A DNA stretch of 63,454 nt from Chiloscyllium plagiosum. Taxonomy: Eukaryota. This document shows positions 11,839 through 24,183 of this stretch, one piece after another. The stretch is from assembly GCF_004010195.1 (NCBI RefSeq), contig NC_057718.1:85433625-85497078 (forward strand), given 5' to 3'. The notes under the pieces were generated by a model that saw only the letters and a program-made list of their open reading frames with translations, was not told where the DNA came from and ran no database searches. Position 1 is the stretch's first letter. Every line of letters begins with the position of its first letter. Made by a program: the position numbers and the translations under genes.

Positions 11839-12440
11839 GAGGTTCGCTAAGAGGATAGGTTAGCCATCAGTCACTGTAGACAGTGTGAATATAACTGGTG
11901 TGAATGTGGACAGAATAAGTATGAACAGGTCAGTGGGAGAGTTTTAGCATGGACAAGATTAGTGTGGACAGTGAAACTTCTGGTCTGTAAGAAGGGGAGA
12001 GTATCAGTCCAGGCAAGGCAGGTATAGACAGTGTCAGTATGGATGGTAACAGTACCAACATACGTAGTGCAAGGATTGTGGAAAGTGTCAATTTGGGCAT
12101 TATCAGTGTGGAAAGTATAAGTTGTGGACATGGTTAATGTGGACAGTAACATTACAGTGTGTCAGTATGAACAAGGTCAATATGAGTGTAATCAGTGTCA
12201 ACATGGATAATGTGAGTGTGAAAATTGTAGTGTAGACAGTGTGGGTGCAAAAACTAATTTGTAGTTAGCATCAGCATGGGGAGTGTCAGCATAGACAGAC
12301 AGTGCGGAGAGAGAGAATTGTGGACAGTATGAGTATTGAAGACAGTGTCAGTTGTAGAGTATGTGTGTGGACAACATCAATGTGGACAGCATTAAAAATC
12401 ACATAACACCAGGTTATAGTCCAACAGGTTTATTTGGATG

Positions 12441-12475
12441 CACGAGCTTTCGAAGCGCTGCTTCTTCATCAGGTG
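12441..12475 (-). ncRNA. Minimal hammerhead ribozyme motif (Penelope family A)
   Basis: CAC-CTGATGA-A-GAAGC-AGC-GCTTC-GAAA-GC-TC-GTG: intact core, 5-bp helix II, palindromic AGCT helix III, CAC/GTG helix I. Confidence 0.8.
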
Positions 12476-14907
12476 GTTGTGGAGCAGAATCATACAACAC
12501 AGAATTTATAACAACAGGATTGCAGTGTCATGGAATAATAGTAAACAAATTTAGCTTGAGTCTTTCGGTTTTGAGAATGATATGTTAGTTTCGGTTCCTT
12601 CATATGTAAGTCCCAGAACTTTCTTAAGGTTACATTGTCAAGCTAGCTTTTAGCAACAGGTGCCGTCTCAGCTCCGATAATGCATTGAAGGTGTGAAGTT
12701 AAAGTCTGTCTGTGTCCTAATGCTAGGTCAGACTGATTCTGTATCTAAAGTTGAATTTACAGAATCTTACAAGGATGTATGCAGGTTTTCAGCAAAATAA
12801 AATGTAGTTCTGCAAGTACAAATTCACCCCACAGACTTATATGTGTGTGTGTGTGTTTGTCTGTGTGCAGGGGAGATCGAATGAATGTGTGCATGTGTGT
12901 CTGTGTGTGTCTGTGTATAGTGTAGTAGGGTCATCTGTGGTGTGACATGAACCCAAGATCCTGGTTGAGGCCATCCCTATGGGTATTGAACTTGGCTATC
13001 AGCCTCTGCTCGGCGTGTTTGCATTTGTTGCCGTGTACTTGGTGGGCGACACTCTGACAAGTCTTGCAGCATCTGCCGTGACAGGGTTGTAGGTGTTGTC
13101 CTGAAAGGTGGGCAGTTTGCTGTGAACAATGATTTATTTGACATTTGGTGGTTGTTTAAAGATGAGAAATGGAGGAATGGGGAAGGTCATGGCGAGATGC
13201 TTATTCTCTTCGATAATGTGTTACAGGCTGTGAAGAACATGGCGTAGTTTTTCCCCTCCGGGAAGTACTGGACAACAAAGGGTACCCTATCTGTTACGAC
13301 CTGTATCTGTGTCCTGAGGAGGTCATTATGGTTTCTGACTGTGGCACGTCAGAAGTTGAGCATCGTACCCTGTTCATATGAGGGCATCCTTGAGCACCTT
13401 CAGGTGTCCATCACATTTCTCCTCATCTGAACCGAGTCTGTGTATACAGAGGGCTTGTCTGTAGTGGATGGCTGTTTTAATATGTTTAGGGTGGAAGCTA
13501 GAGAAGTGTAGCATTGTGAGGTAATCTGTGGGTTTGTGGTAGAGTGAGGTGCTGAGGTGCCCATCCTTGATGGAGATACATGTGTCCAAGAATGAGACAG
13601 ATAGTAGAGAGTAGTCCGTGGTGAGTTTGATGGTGGGATGAAAGTTGTTGATATCACTGTGTAGTTTTTTTAATGACTCCTTGCCATGGGTCCAGAGAAA
13701 AAAAATGTCATCAATGTACTTGCTGTCTGGTGTTGGTTGGAGTTCCTGCTTAGAGAAGAAGTCTTGTTCGAGACTGTGCATGAAAATGTTGGCATATTAG
13801 GGGGCAAATTTGGTCCCCATGGCTGTTCCGTGTGTCTGGATGAAGAACTAGTTATCAAAGATGAAAATGTTGTGGTTGAGGAAAAAGCGGATGAGTTATA
13901 GGATGGTGCTTGGAGACTGGCAGTTATTGGTATTGAGTACTGAGGCTGTTGCCATGATGCCGTCACTGTGGGGGATGCTGTTAGAATGCTGAAATGTCCA
14001 TTGTGACGAGGAATGTTCCTGGTTTGACTGGTCCATGGGTGCTGAGTTTCTGTTAGAAATCTGCAATGTCGTGACAGAAACCCTGCACAATGGGTTTTAT
14101 GACGCCTTTGACATAGCCAGAGAAGTTCTGACATGAGGTTCCATTGCCTGATACGATGGGATGTCCTGGTGTGTTGGCTTTGAGTATCTTTAGAGGGCAG
14201 TAGAAGTTGCCTACGCGAGAAGTACGTGGGATAAGTGTGCATAGGGAACTCTGAACCGGGACCTTGGGTTCATGTCGCACTACAGGTGACCCCTCTGCAT
14301 GACGCGCACACACAAACACACACTTCTCACACACACACGTGCGCACACACAGACCCACACACTCCCACAGACCCTCTCTCACACACAAGCTCTCATACGC
14401 TCGCTCATACACACCCCACAGTCTCACCCACGTACGTACTCTCTCACAGGCTTATACCCCATTACACTCACACACATACACAGACACGCATGCACACACT
14501 CTCTCGGTCTCCCCTGCACGCACATGCGCGCTAACACACACACAAGTCTGTGGGGTGAATTTGTACTTGCAGAATTACATTTTATTTTGCTCAAAAAGTA
14601 CATAAATCCATGTAAGATTCTGTAAATCCCACTTTAGAAAGAATCAGTCTGACCTAACATTGGGACACAGACAGACTTTAGGTTCACACCTTCAATGCAT
14701 TATCGGAGCTGAGATGGCACCTATTGTTAAAAGCTAGCTTGAGAATGTAACTTTAAAAATGTTGTGGGATTTATATATGAAGGAACTGAAACTAACATGA
14801 TCATTCTAAAAGATGAAAGACTCAAGCTAAATATATTTAATATTTCATTCCATGACACTGCGATCCTGTTGCTATAAAGTCTGTGTCTTAGGATTCTGCT
14901 CCACAAT

Positions 14908-14942
14908 GACCTGATGAAGGAGCAGCGCTTTGAAAGCTAGTG
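14908..14942 (+). ncRNA. Minimal hammerhead ribozyme motif (family A, opposite arm)
   Basis: GAC-CTGATGA-A-GGAGC-AGC-GCTTT-GAAA-GC-TA-GTG; helix II has two G-U pairs. Confidence 0.7.
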
Positions 14943-15084
14943 ATTCCGAATAACGCTGATGGAAAATAACTTGGTGTTGCGAGATTTTTAACTTTGTCCA
15001 TCCCAGTCCAACACCGGCCTTTCCAAAAAATGTGGGGACAGTGTAAAGTGCAAACAAGACATTGTGTTAGTGACAGTGAGGATT

Positions 15085-17365
15085 GTGTGATAGCAGTGTG
15101 GAAAGTGAGAATGTGGACAGTCACAGGGGTGTCAGTGCAGAAAGTGAGAATGTGGACAGTTTCAGGGTGTCAATATGCACAGTGAGAAAGAATAATTTCA
15201 GGAATGTCAGTGTGGACAGTGAGAATGGGGACAATTTCAGAGGGGTCAGTGTGGAAAGTGAGAACGTGGACAGTTTCAGGGTGTCAATATGCACAGTGAG
15301 AAAGAATAATTTCAGGAATGTCAGTGTGGGGACAGTCTCTGGGGTGTCACTGTGGACAGTGAGAATGGGGACAGTCTCAGGGGTGTCAGTATGGACAGAT
15401 GGAATGGAGACAGTTTCAGGGGTATCAGTGTTGGACAGTGGGAATGGGGACAGGCTCAGCGGTGTCAGTGTGGACAGTGGGAATAGGGATAGTTTCAGGG
15501 GTGTCAGTGTGGGCAGTGCGAATGGGGACAGTCTCAGGGGTGTCAGTGTGGTCAGTGAGAATGGGGACAGACTCAGCGGTGTCAGTGTGGACAGTGAGAA
15601 TGGGGACAGTTTCAGGGGTGTCAGTGTGGACTATGGGAATGGGGACAGTTTCAGGGATCTCAGTGTAGACAGTGAGAACGGGGACAGTCTCGGGTTGTCA
15701 TTGTGGTCAGTGAGAATGGGGACAGACTCAGCGGTTGTCAGTGTGGACAGTGAGAATGGGGACAGTTTCAGTGGTGTGAGAGTGGACAGTGGGAATGGGG
15801 ACAGTTTCAGGGGTGTCAGGGAGGACAGTGAAAATGGGGACAGACTCAAAGTGTCAGTGTGGACAGTGGGAATGGGGACAATCAAAGGGGTGTCAGTGTG
15901 AACAGTGGGAATGGGGACAGTTCCAGGGGTGTCGGTGTGGACTGTGAGAATGGGAACAGACTCGGGGTGTCAGTGTGGACAGTCAGGGGTGTCAGTGCGT
16001 AAAGTGAGAACGTGGACAGTTTCAGGGTGTCAATATGCACAGTGAGAAAGAATAATTTCAGGGGTGTCAGTGTGGACAGTGAGAATGGGGACAGTTTCAG
16101 AGGGGTCAGTGTAGACAGTGAGAATGGGGACAGTTTCAGAGGGGTCAGTGTGGACAGTGGGAACGTGGACAGTTTCAGGGGTGTCGGTATGCACAGTGAG
16201 AAAGAATAATTTCAGGGGTGTCAGTGTGAACAGTGGGAATGGGGACAGTTTCAGAGATGTCACTGTGGACAGTGGGAATGGGGCCAGTTTCAGAGATGTC
16301 ACTGTGGACAGTGAAAATGGTGACAATTTCAGGAGTGTCAGTGTGGACAGTGGGAATGGGGACAGTTTCAAGGGTGTCAGTTTGGACAGTGAGAATGGGG
16401 ACAGTCTCAGGGGTGTCAGTGTGGACAGTGGGAAGGGGTCAGTCTCAGAGGGGCCAGTGTGGACAGTGGGAATGGGGACAGTCCCAGGGATGTCAGTGTG
16501 GACAGTGAGAATAGGGACAGTCTCAGAGGGGTCAGTGTGGCCAGTGGGAATGGGGACAGTCACAGGGGTGTCAGTGTGGACAGTGGAAAAGGAGCAGTTT
16601 TAGCGGTGTCAGTGTGGACAGTGGGTATGGGGACATTCACAAGGGTGTCAGTGTGGACAGTGGGAATGGGGTTATTCTCAGGGGTGTCAGTATGGACAGT
16701 GAGAATGGGGACAGTCTCAGGGGTATCAGAGTGAACAGTGGGAATGGGGACAGTTTCAGGGGTGTCAGTGTGGACAGTGGGAATGGGGACAGTTTCAGGG
16801 GTGTCAGTGTGGATAGTGAGAATGGGGAGAGTTTCAGGGGTGTCAGTGTGGACAATGAGAATGGGGACAGTCTCAGGGTTGTGAGAGTGGACAGTAAGAA
16901 TGAGGACAGTCAAAGGGGTGTCAGTGTGGATAGTGGGAATGGGGACAGTTTCAGGCGTGTCAGTGCAGACAGTGGGAATGGGGACAGTTTCAGGGGTGTC
17001 AGTGTGGACAGTCGGAAAGGGTACAGCTTCATGGGTGTCAGTGTAGACAGTGAGAATGGGGACATGTCAAAGGGGTGTCAGTGTGGACAGTGGGAATGGG
17101 GACAGACTCAGGGGTGTCAGTGTGGACAGTCGGAATGGGGACAGTTTCAGGGGTATCAGTGTAGACAGTGAGAATGGGGACAGTTTCAGGGGTGTCAGTG
17201 TGGACAGTCGGAAAGGGTACAGCTTCATGGGTGTCAGTGTAGACAGTGAGAATGGGGACAGTCAAAGGGGTGCCAGTGTGGACAATGGAAATGGGGCATT
17301 TTCATGGGTGTCAGTGTGGACAGTGGGAATAGGGACAGTTTCAGGGGTGTCAGTGTGGACAGTGG
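15085..17365 (+). repeat. 39-bp G-rich minisatellite running into gap 17366-17865
   Basis: Unit gtgtcagtgtggacagtgggaatggggacagtttcaggg (starts at 16762 and 16801), more than 50 imperfect copies. Confidence 0.97.
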
Positions 17366-18007
17366 NNNNNNNNNNNNNNNNNNNNNNNNNNNNNNNNNNN
17401 NNNNNNNNNNNNNNNNNNNNNNNNNNNNNNNNNNNNNNNNNNNNNNNNNNNNNNNNNNNNNNNNNNNNNNNNNNNNNNNNNNNNNNNNNNNNNNNNNNNN
17501 NNNNNNNNNNNNNNNNNNNNNNNNNNNNNNNNNNNNNNNNNNNNNNNNNNNNNNNNNNNNNNNNNNNNNNNNNNNNNNNNNNNNNNNNNNNNNNNNNNNN
17601 NNNNNNNNNNNNNNNNNNNNNNNNNNNNNNNNNNNNNNNNNNNNNNNNNNNNNNNNNNNNNNNNNNNNNNNNNNNNNNNNNNNNNNNNNNNNNNNNNNNN
17701 NNNNNNNNNNNNNNNNNNNNNNNNNNNNNNNNNNNNNNNNNNNNNNNNNNNNNNNNNNNNNNNNNNNNNNNNNNNNNNNNNNNNNNNNNNNNNNNNNNNN
17801 NNNNNNNNNNNNNNNNNNNNNNNNNNNNNNNNNNNNNNNNNNNNNNNNNNNNNNNNNNNNNNNNNTCAATTTAACCACCTGAAAATTCCACATTACACTG
17901 AACCAAATACATGCCATTACAAGTTGAGAATTTTGTAGGTTACATTTGTGTGCCAGAGTCTACTCACATTTATTGGGTTAATTATGAGAACACTTTCTCT
18001 CACCTAC

Positions 18008-18071
18008 CTTCCCCTTTCATGTCATGAGGAAAGCCAATCACTGCCGTCTCTGGCACATCAGGGTGTTCAGC
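18008..18071 (-). CDS. ACSS1: ACSS1 coding exon 12 (64 nt)
   Basis: tag|GCT...G|gtagg; AEHPDVPETAVIGFPHDMKGE. Confidence 0.94.
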
Positions 18072-18374
18072 CTAAAGACCATTTGAACAGAGAAACATCA
18101 TCTCAATCAATTAACAGGTTCCTATTAACCTCCAGTTATTTCTTCTCATAAAAGATTTGGAATACTGTAATAACAAGGCACTGTTTTACAAGTGGACGCA
18201 GTGCATGCATTTCTGCCTTTGAAGCAGAAGGTCTAAACTTGAGTTCCACCCAAGGACCCGATGACCAAGGAAGGTGCATTAACAAAGCCAAACAGAATAA
18301 GTATTACCCTGCAGATCCCTCCAAGTGGCTGAATATCAGGAAGACGCAGTAAAATAGGAGCAGGAGCAGACCAT

Positions 18375-19620
18375 GCAGCCCCGCGACCCTGTTCCACAAG
18401 GAGGAGAGGGAGGAACTCAAGAAAATTATAATCACCAGAAAAATAGCACTGAGCAAAGAAAGTTGGAGCTGCAAGCTAACAAGTTCCCAGATCTTAATGG
18501 ACTTCATTCTAAGATCTTGAAAGAAATAGTTAGTGAGATTGTTGGTGTGTTGGTTTAAATTTTCCAAAATTCTCGAGGTTCGAGGAGGGTTCCATTAGAT
18601 TATAAAATAGCAAATGTAACTCTTTTATTCAAAAAGAAGACCAGAAGCAGTACACACTCCACAGCACTTAGCTGATCATACATTATAGCGAATATACAAA
18701 AAGACATCATAGCAGAGCACTTAGTAAATTCAAGGTAGTTAGACAACAATCAGAATCAATATGGTTTTGTGAATGGGAAATCATGTTTATTCAATTTATT
18801 GGAGTTCTTTAAGGAAGTAACATACTGTGGAGAAAGAAGAATTGGTGGATTTACTGTACTTAAATTTCCAGAAGCATTTGACAATATGCCACATCAAAGA
18901 TTATTGTTAAAAATAAAACTCTCAGTTTTCGCAGGATCACATATTGGTATGAATAGAAAATTGGCTAGTAAAAATGATTCAGGGAGAAGGTATAAATTAC
19001 CCATTATTTCGTTAGTAAGGTGAAATGAGTGGTGTACTACTGGGATCAGTGCTGGACGCTCATCTTTTTATAATCTATATAAATGACTTAGGGGAAGATG
19101 CAAAAGGTAGAGTTGCTAAATTTGCTGATGACACAAAGATAGATAGGAAAGGAAGTCGTAAAGAGAACATAAGGAGGAAATAAAAGGGTAAAGATAGGTT
19201 AAGGGAGAAAACAAAGATCTGATTAATGTTGTATAATTTGAGAAAATGTGAAATTGTCCACTTTGGCAGGAAGAATAAAAAAAGAATATTTGAATGGTAA
19301 GATATTGCAGAGCTCGAAGATGCAGTGGCATCCAAGTGTCCTAATCCATGAACCTTTAAAGGTCAACATGCAGGTACAGCAAATATTATGAAAGCTAATA
19401 GAATGTTGATTGGAATATGGTTGAGGGGACTTGATAGAGTGTAGGTGGAATGGATGTTTCCTCTTCTGGGAGGATCTAGAACTAGAAATCACTGTTTAAA
19501 AATGCAAGACAGAGATGAAGATTTATTTTTTCATACAGCACCATGAGACTTTGCAACTCTTACTCAAAAATTGTGGAAATCATATCTTTGAATATTTTAA
19601 AGCAGAGCTAGATAGATTCA
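18375..19620 (+). mobile_element. Old CR1-type LINE fragment
   Basis: Degenerate PDLNGLHSKILKE, GKSCLFNLLEFF, AFDNMPHQRLL and tttgctgatgacacaaag (FADDTK). Confidence 0.85.
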
Positions 19621-20492
19621 GACTCCCTAAGTGATCTGTAACACCTCTCTGAGTGCCCATCCTTCCACCAGTTACTTACTATCCAATTCAGCAGGCTTCA
19701 TACATGATCCTGTGTATAGATCTAGACACTGTGTGTTACGTGTTCATACAAAAACAAGCCATTCAGCCTAACTGATCCATACTCCTCACAAAGTCCCTTC
19801 CTTCCAACCCTGCAGTAAAACCTGTCTCTTCTCCCTCATGTAAAAATGAAGGTTATCTACTTCCACTAACTCATGTGATACATTTTCATTACTCTGCATG
19901 TAAAGAAATTCCTTATAAATATTTTATGTGACTTTTAACAGCTAATTTACATTTATACTCATTTGATCTAGACTCATTTCGATGTGGAAACAATTTTTCC
20001 ATTTGATGTCTTGAACAGGTTTGTTGAAAGTGCTGTTTTCATCTGTGTTACACATCTCCAGATCACATTTTTTTTCCAGTCCATTCCAATGCTGGAGAAA
20101 AGTTCCACATTATCGAGAACATGACTATGCTTTGTCACATTCAGGAGTAGAGCTGATCAATACAGGGTCCAGGAGGGTTAGCTTCATAATGCAGGATCTA
20201 TAGGGACAGTTGATCCATCACTGATGCACAGTCAGTAACTCCATTACCAGGTCCATGTGGACAGTTGGTCTAGCACTGTTTTCATGGTCCAGCTGATTAA
20301 GTATGGGGTCCACAGGTCAACTGATCCAGTTGATCAGTTCAGTATGAGGTTTATAGGTCAGTTAGAGAGTAATAGAGCCACACGACACAGCATTAGCCCC
20401 TTTGTCTAACTCGTCCATGCTGACCCCGTATCCTCAACTGATCCAGTCCCACTTGCCTACATTTCGGGTGATCCAACACTGGGCCCTGGGTA

Positions 20493-20673
20493 CATCTGAT
20501 CCAATATCAGTTCCATGGAGATAGTTCAGGATAGTTCATGGACTCAGTAGTTAATCAGTTAATGTCTGTGGATCAAGTGTTCATCTGATCCAATATCAGT
20601 TCCATGGAGATAGTTCAGGATAGTTCATGGACTCAGTAGTTAATCAGTTAATGTCTGTGGATCAAGTGTTCAA
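20493..20673. repeat. 89-bp tandem duplication
   Basis: catctgatccaatatcag...gatcaagtgtt starts at 20493 and again at 20582. Confidence 0.95.
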
Positions 20674-21128
20674 TCCTCTTGACCCATAAACTCAGCACTG
20701 ATTAGCAACACCTTGGATGTGGATCATGGCTGCATTAAATCTCAAATTTATTCAGCTATCCTCACTCTAGAGTCCTTCAAAATCTTGCCTTAGAAAAGCT
20801 TTTGGCAACACCAGGGCCTGTCTACAATTTCACTCATGCCCTAAAAAAGGAAGGAGGCTGGCTTCATTCTGATTCATTTGTGCTGTACCACTTCCAAGGT
20901 TACTACATCTTTCCTGAGGTTCAGCTCCCAAACCTTGAATATTCAACTCTCTATTCCTTCTTCCAAGTCATTGATATATAAAAAAAGCTGATAATGAATC
21001 CCTGAGAAACATTATTCATCATGTACCACTTTTCAATACCCAGTCTCACAGCTTATTACCAAGCTATGTTTCAAAGTTGCCTCAAATTCTTTAAGCCCAC
21101 ATTTAGATCACTTATGTGGAGTCCTTAC

Positions 21129-21256
21129 CAGAGCATTCTCTATTTCAGCTGTTCCCAACCTGTGGCCACTGATGTTAATGATGTCATCCATCCGGCCAGT
21201 AATCTTGTAAAAGCCTTCTTCTGATCTGTGCACACCATCACCAGTTAAATAATATC
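21129..21256 (-). CDS. ACSS1: ACSS1 coding exon 11 (128 nt)
   Basis: cag|GA...CTG|gtaag; (G)[42 protein letters not shown] with the TGD and GRxDD motifs. Confidence 0.96.
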
Positions 21257-22354
21257 CTGAAAAGCAATGGGAAATGGATGCGTAACTTTACATGAATGCA
21301 GTAATCTGCTCTTTCAACATACCTCAAAGCTGTGTTGTTTCCCTGGAACATAAATGCCGAAGATGCATTGTGATAAAGCTTTTTAAAGGAGTAGCATTTT
21401 ATATTGTATGTTTTTCACAATAAGATTGTGTTCAAAGTGCTAACTTAATTGCAGGATCTGATTTTTTTTACTCGTGATTTATTGCTTTGCTAGGGATATT
21501 GAGCTATAGATTTACAACAGCTGAAGGAGTGGAAAAAGAAGGCAGTTCTGGCTTGTGATCCTGTATTGTTCAAAGATCAAAAACAGAAGTATTCATCTCC
21601 CAATAGGCTTAAGTTTATTAACTTATCTTGTCCCAACTTTTGATATTAATTTATTGAAAACCAACAAGGCTCATTTACAACTTTCCAACAGATTTTGGAT
21701 TCTTAAAGAAGGTTTGAATTATTCAGTTAACCATCGTATGAAAGGAGAGTACAAATTGATATTTGATAAAAAGAATGGATCTGGCACCAGTGTACATGAC
21801 CATGGGAGGTCAGGATGAAGCTTCCTCAGCTGCAAGACTGAGAGTTCTCTTATATTGTAAATATAAACTAGGTGATTTTTTCTTCCCTGCCTCTGAAATC
21901 TTCTCCAGCCTTTCATTACTCTTGAGAACAATGCATTTTTCCATCTTTTGCTGCTTGCACGTTGCAAACTTCCTTCAATCTTGCTTTAACAACCACGCCT
22001 TTACCTAACCAGGTCAAGCTCTGGTATTCTCTCGTTAAACTTCTTTATCTCTTTACCTCTCCTCCTTTATGTTCCTTCTTAAACTTTACCTTTTTCAAAA
22101 GATTTTAGTTGGTTATTTTTGTGTTCATGGAATATGGCATCACTGTCTAGGCCACTTGTCCCTAATTGCCCAGAGGACAGTTAAAAGTCAATCACCGTTG
22201 CTATGCTCTGGAGTCACATATTGGCCAGACCAGGTGAGGACAGAAAATTTCTTTCTCTAAAAGACATTAATGAACAAGTTGGGTTTTTAACAACAGTCAA
22301 CAGCAATTGCATCATTGCCAATAGGCTAGCTTTTTACTCCAGACTTTCATTGAA

Positions 22355-22505
22355 TATAGGGAGAAAGTGAGGACTGCAGATGCTGGAGATTAAAGTCGAG
22401 AGTGTGGTGCTGGAAAAGCACAGCTGGTCAGGCAGCATGCCCGAAATGTTGATTCTCTGATACTCAGATGCTACCTGACCTGCCGTGATTTTCCAATACC
22501 ACTCA
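22355..22505. mobile_element. Fold-back Penelope terminal-repeat insertion inside a SINE
   Basis: Arms gtggtgctggaaaagcacagctggtcaggcagcat and atgctacctgacctgccgtgattttccaataccac; flanked by actttcattgaa (22343-22354 and 22506-22517). Confidence 0.75.
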
Positions 22506-23200
22506 ACTTTCATTGAAAACAGATTTGACTATCTGCCATGATGGAATTCCATATCCCTAGAACATTAAATTGGGGTTCTGGATTACAAGTCCAGTGAAAT
22601 TACCACCATTCCAGTGCTCCTCCCCCCAGCCCTGATTACCAGCCTGTTCTAATATAAAGCTCTGCTTCAATTTTTGCCGATAACACCCCTGTCAAGTGCC
22701 TTGAGACATTTTCTCAGTACATTAACTACATTATATAAACACAAAGTGTTCTTTTGTACCGTAGTTCTTTTGATAAATACCTTCATTCCGTATCCTTCAG
22801 TTACTGACTCTCTTACAAATAGAAACACTTTTTTGTTATTTACTCTTTCTACACATCAGAAGGTGCTGAATATTTGTACTAAATCTCTCCTTTCTCTAAG
22901 AAGAAAATCCCAGATTGTATAGTCTCTCTACATAACTGAATTCGCTCATCTATAATGGCATTCTGGTATATGTCCTCTGCATCAGCTTGATATTATACTT
23001 CTCGAACAGAGTATTTCATTGAAATAAAACCTGAAAGTTAAAGGTGAATAAAGTGGTCTGTTCAAATCCAAGATTGCGGAAAGGGAGATCAGCAATCTAT
23101 ATTTAGTGCCATAAGCTACTTTAGTCGTAAACAATTGGAGACATGTATGCCTGGAAGAGTATTAAAGGATGATTTTTTTCTGAACATATTAATGTCTTAC

Positions 23201-23327
23201 CTGGATATTTTTTGAAATATGAATTCAGGAATCTGGGATGATCCCCATAGATACTTCTGGCAATGCCAGGCCAAGGCTTTGTGATGCAGAGAGCACCAGT
23301 AACATTGTTTCCCTCCATCCGATTACC
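23201..23327 (-). CDS. ACSS1: ACSS1 coding exon 10 (127 nt)
   Basis: cag|GGT...G|gtaag; [42 protein letters not shown]. Confidence 0.96.
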
Positions 23328-24183
23328 CTGTATTTAGGTACATGCATTTTCATTATTAATCAAGAATGATACCATAACAGACAGCACAGCAATCAGGAAA
23401 GATGGCATAGGCTTGAGATCTTTTCCATAGAAAACAAGTTTGAGAGGTGACATGATAGAGGTCTTTAAAATAATGACAAAATTACATAGAATTTTACAGC
23501 ACAGTAACGGCCAATCATCCCAACTGCTCTATCCTGGTGTTTTTTTCTCTTCACAAGAGCATCCTCTCATCATAATTAATCTAACTGTATCAACATATCA
23601 TTCTATTGCTTTCTCCCTCAAATACTAACTTCAAACAAGTTCTTTAATGTGTGTATGCTATTCTCTTAATTGAGACTGCAGGTTACACACACGTAACAGT
23701 CTGGGGAAAGAAGTTTCCTCTGAATTCCTTATTAGGCTTATTAGTGACTACCTTACTTTCCAGACCCAATTTCCGAATTGCCCCGCAAGTGAAAGCAGTT
23801 GTCTGTACCTACTTTATTAAGCCTCCTTTCAAATTTAAAAGACCTCTGTTTATTAATTCCTCAGTCTATTGTTTTCTACTGAATGTGCCACAGTTATTCA
23901 CCTTTCCTGATTGTCAAAACCCATCGGTCCTGGTTTCATTCTTGCAGATCTTTTTCTCGCTTTTTCCAGTTTTGATAGGGTTAACGTAGAGAAGGTGGTT
24001 CCAGTTCTAGACAATTTCAAAATAGAGGCTAGCAATTTAAGATAGTCACTGATAAATCCAATAAAAAAACAAATCTGAGTGTAGTGAAACTGTGGATCTC
24101 ATACAGGATCTCACAAAAGAAGTGGGTGTAGTGAATAGCATGTAACATGGCTTTAAAGCGCAGCTTGGATTAAGAACTTAAGA

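Larger units (their letters stand above)
12392..15024 (-). mobile_element. Penelope-like retroelement with inverted terminal repeats
   Basis: RT fragments PGHPIVSGNGT and KYIDDIFFLWTHG...VSFLDT...STSLYHKPTD. Arms at about 12392-12965 and 14254-14990 are reverse complements and contain (CA)n tracts. Confidence 0.9.

Noticed and set aside
14053..14625. His/Thr-rich ORFs
   Set aside because: They are translations of the (CA)n-rich tract inside the Penelope terminal repeat.
15083..17917. Long repetitive ORFs (GVSVDSENGDSFR; TVPIPTVHTDTPE) as a structural protein gene, or the array as CRISPR
   Set aside because: They arise from a 39-bp unit lacking stops in several frames on both strands. There are no unique spacers or cas genes, and the context is a eukaryotic intron.
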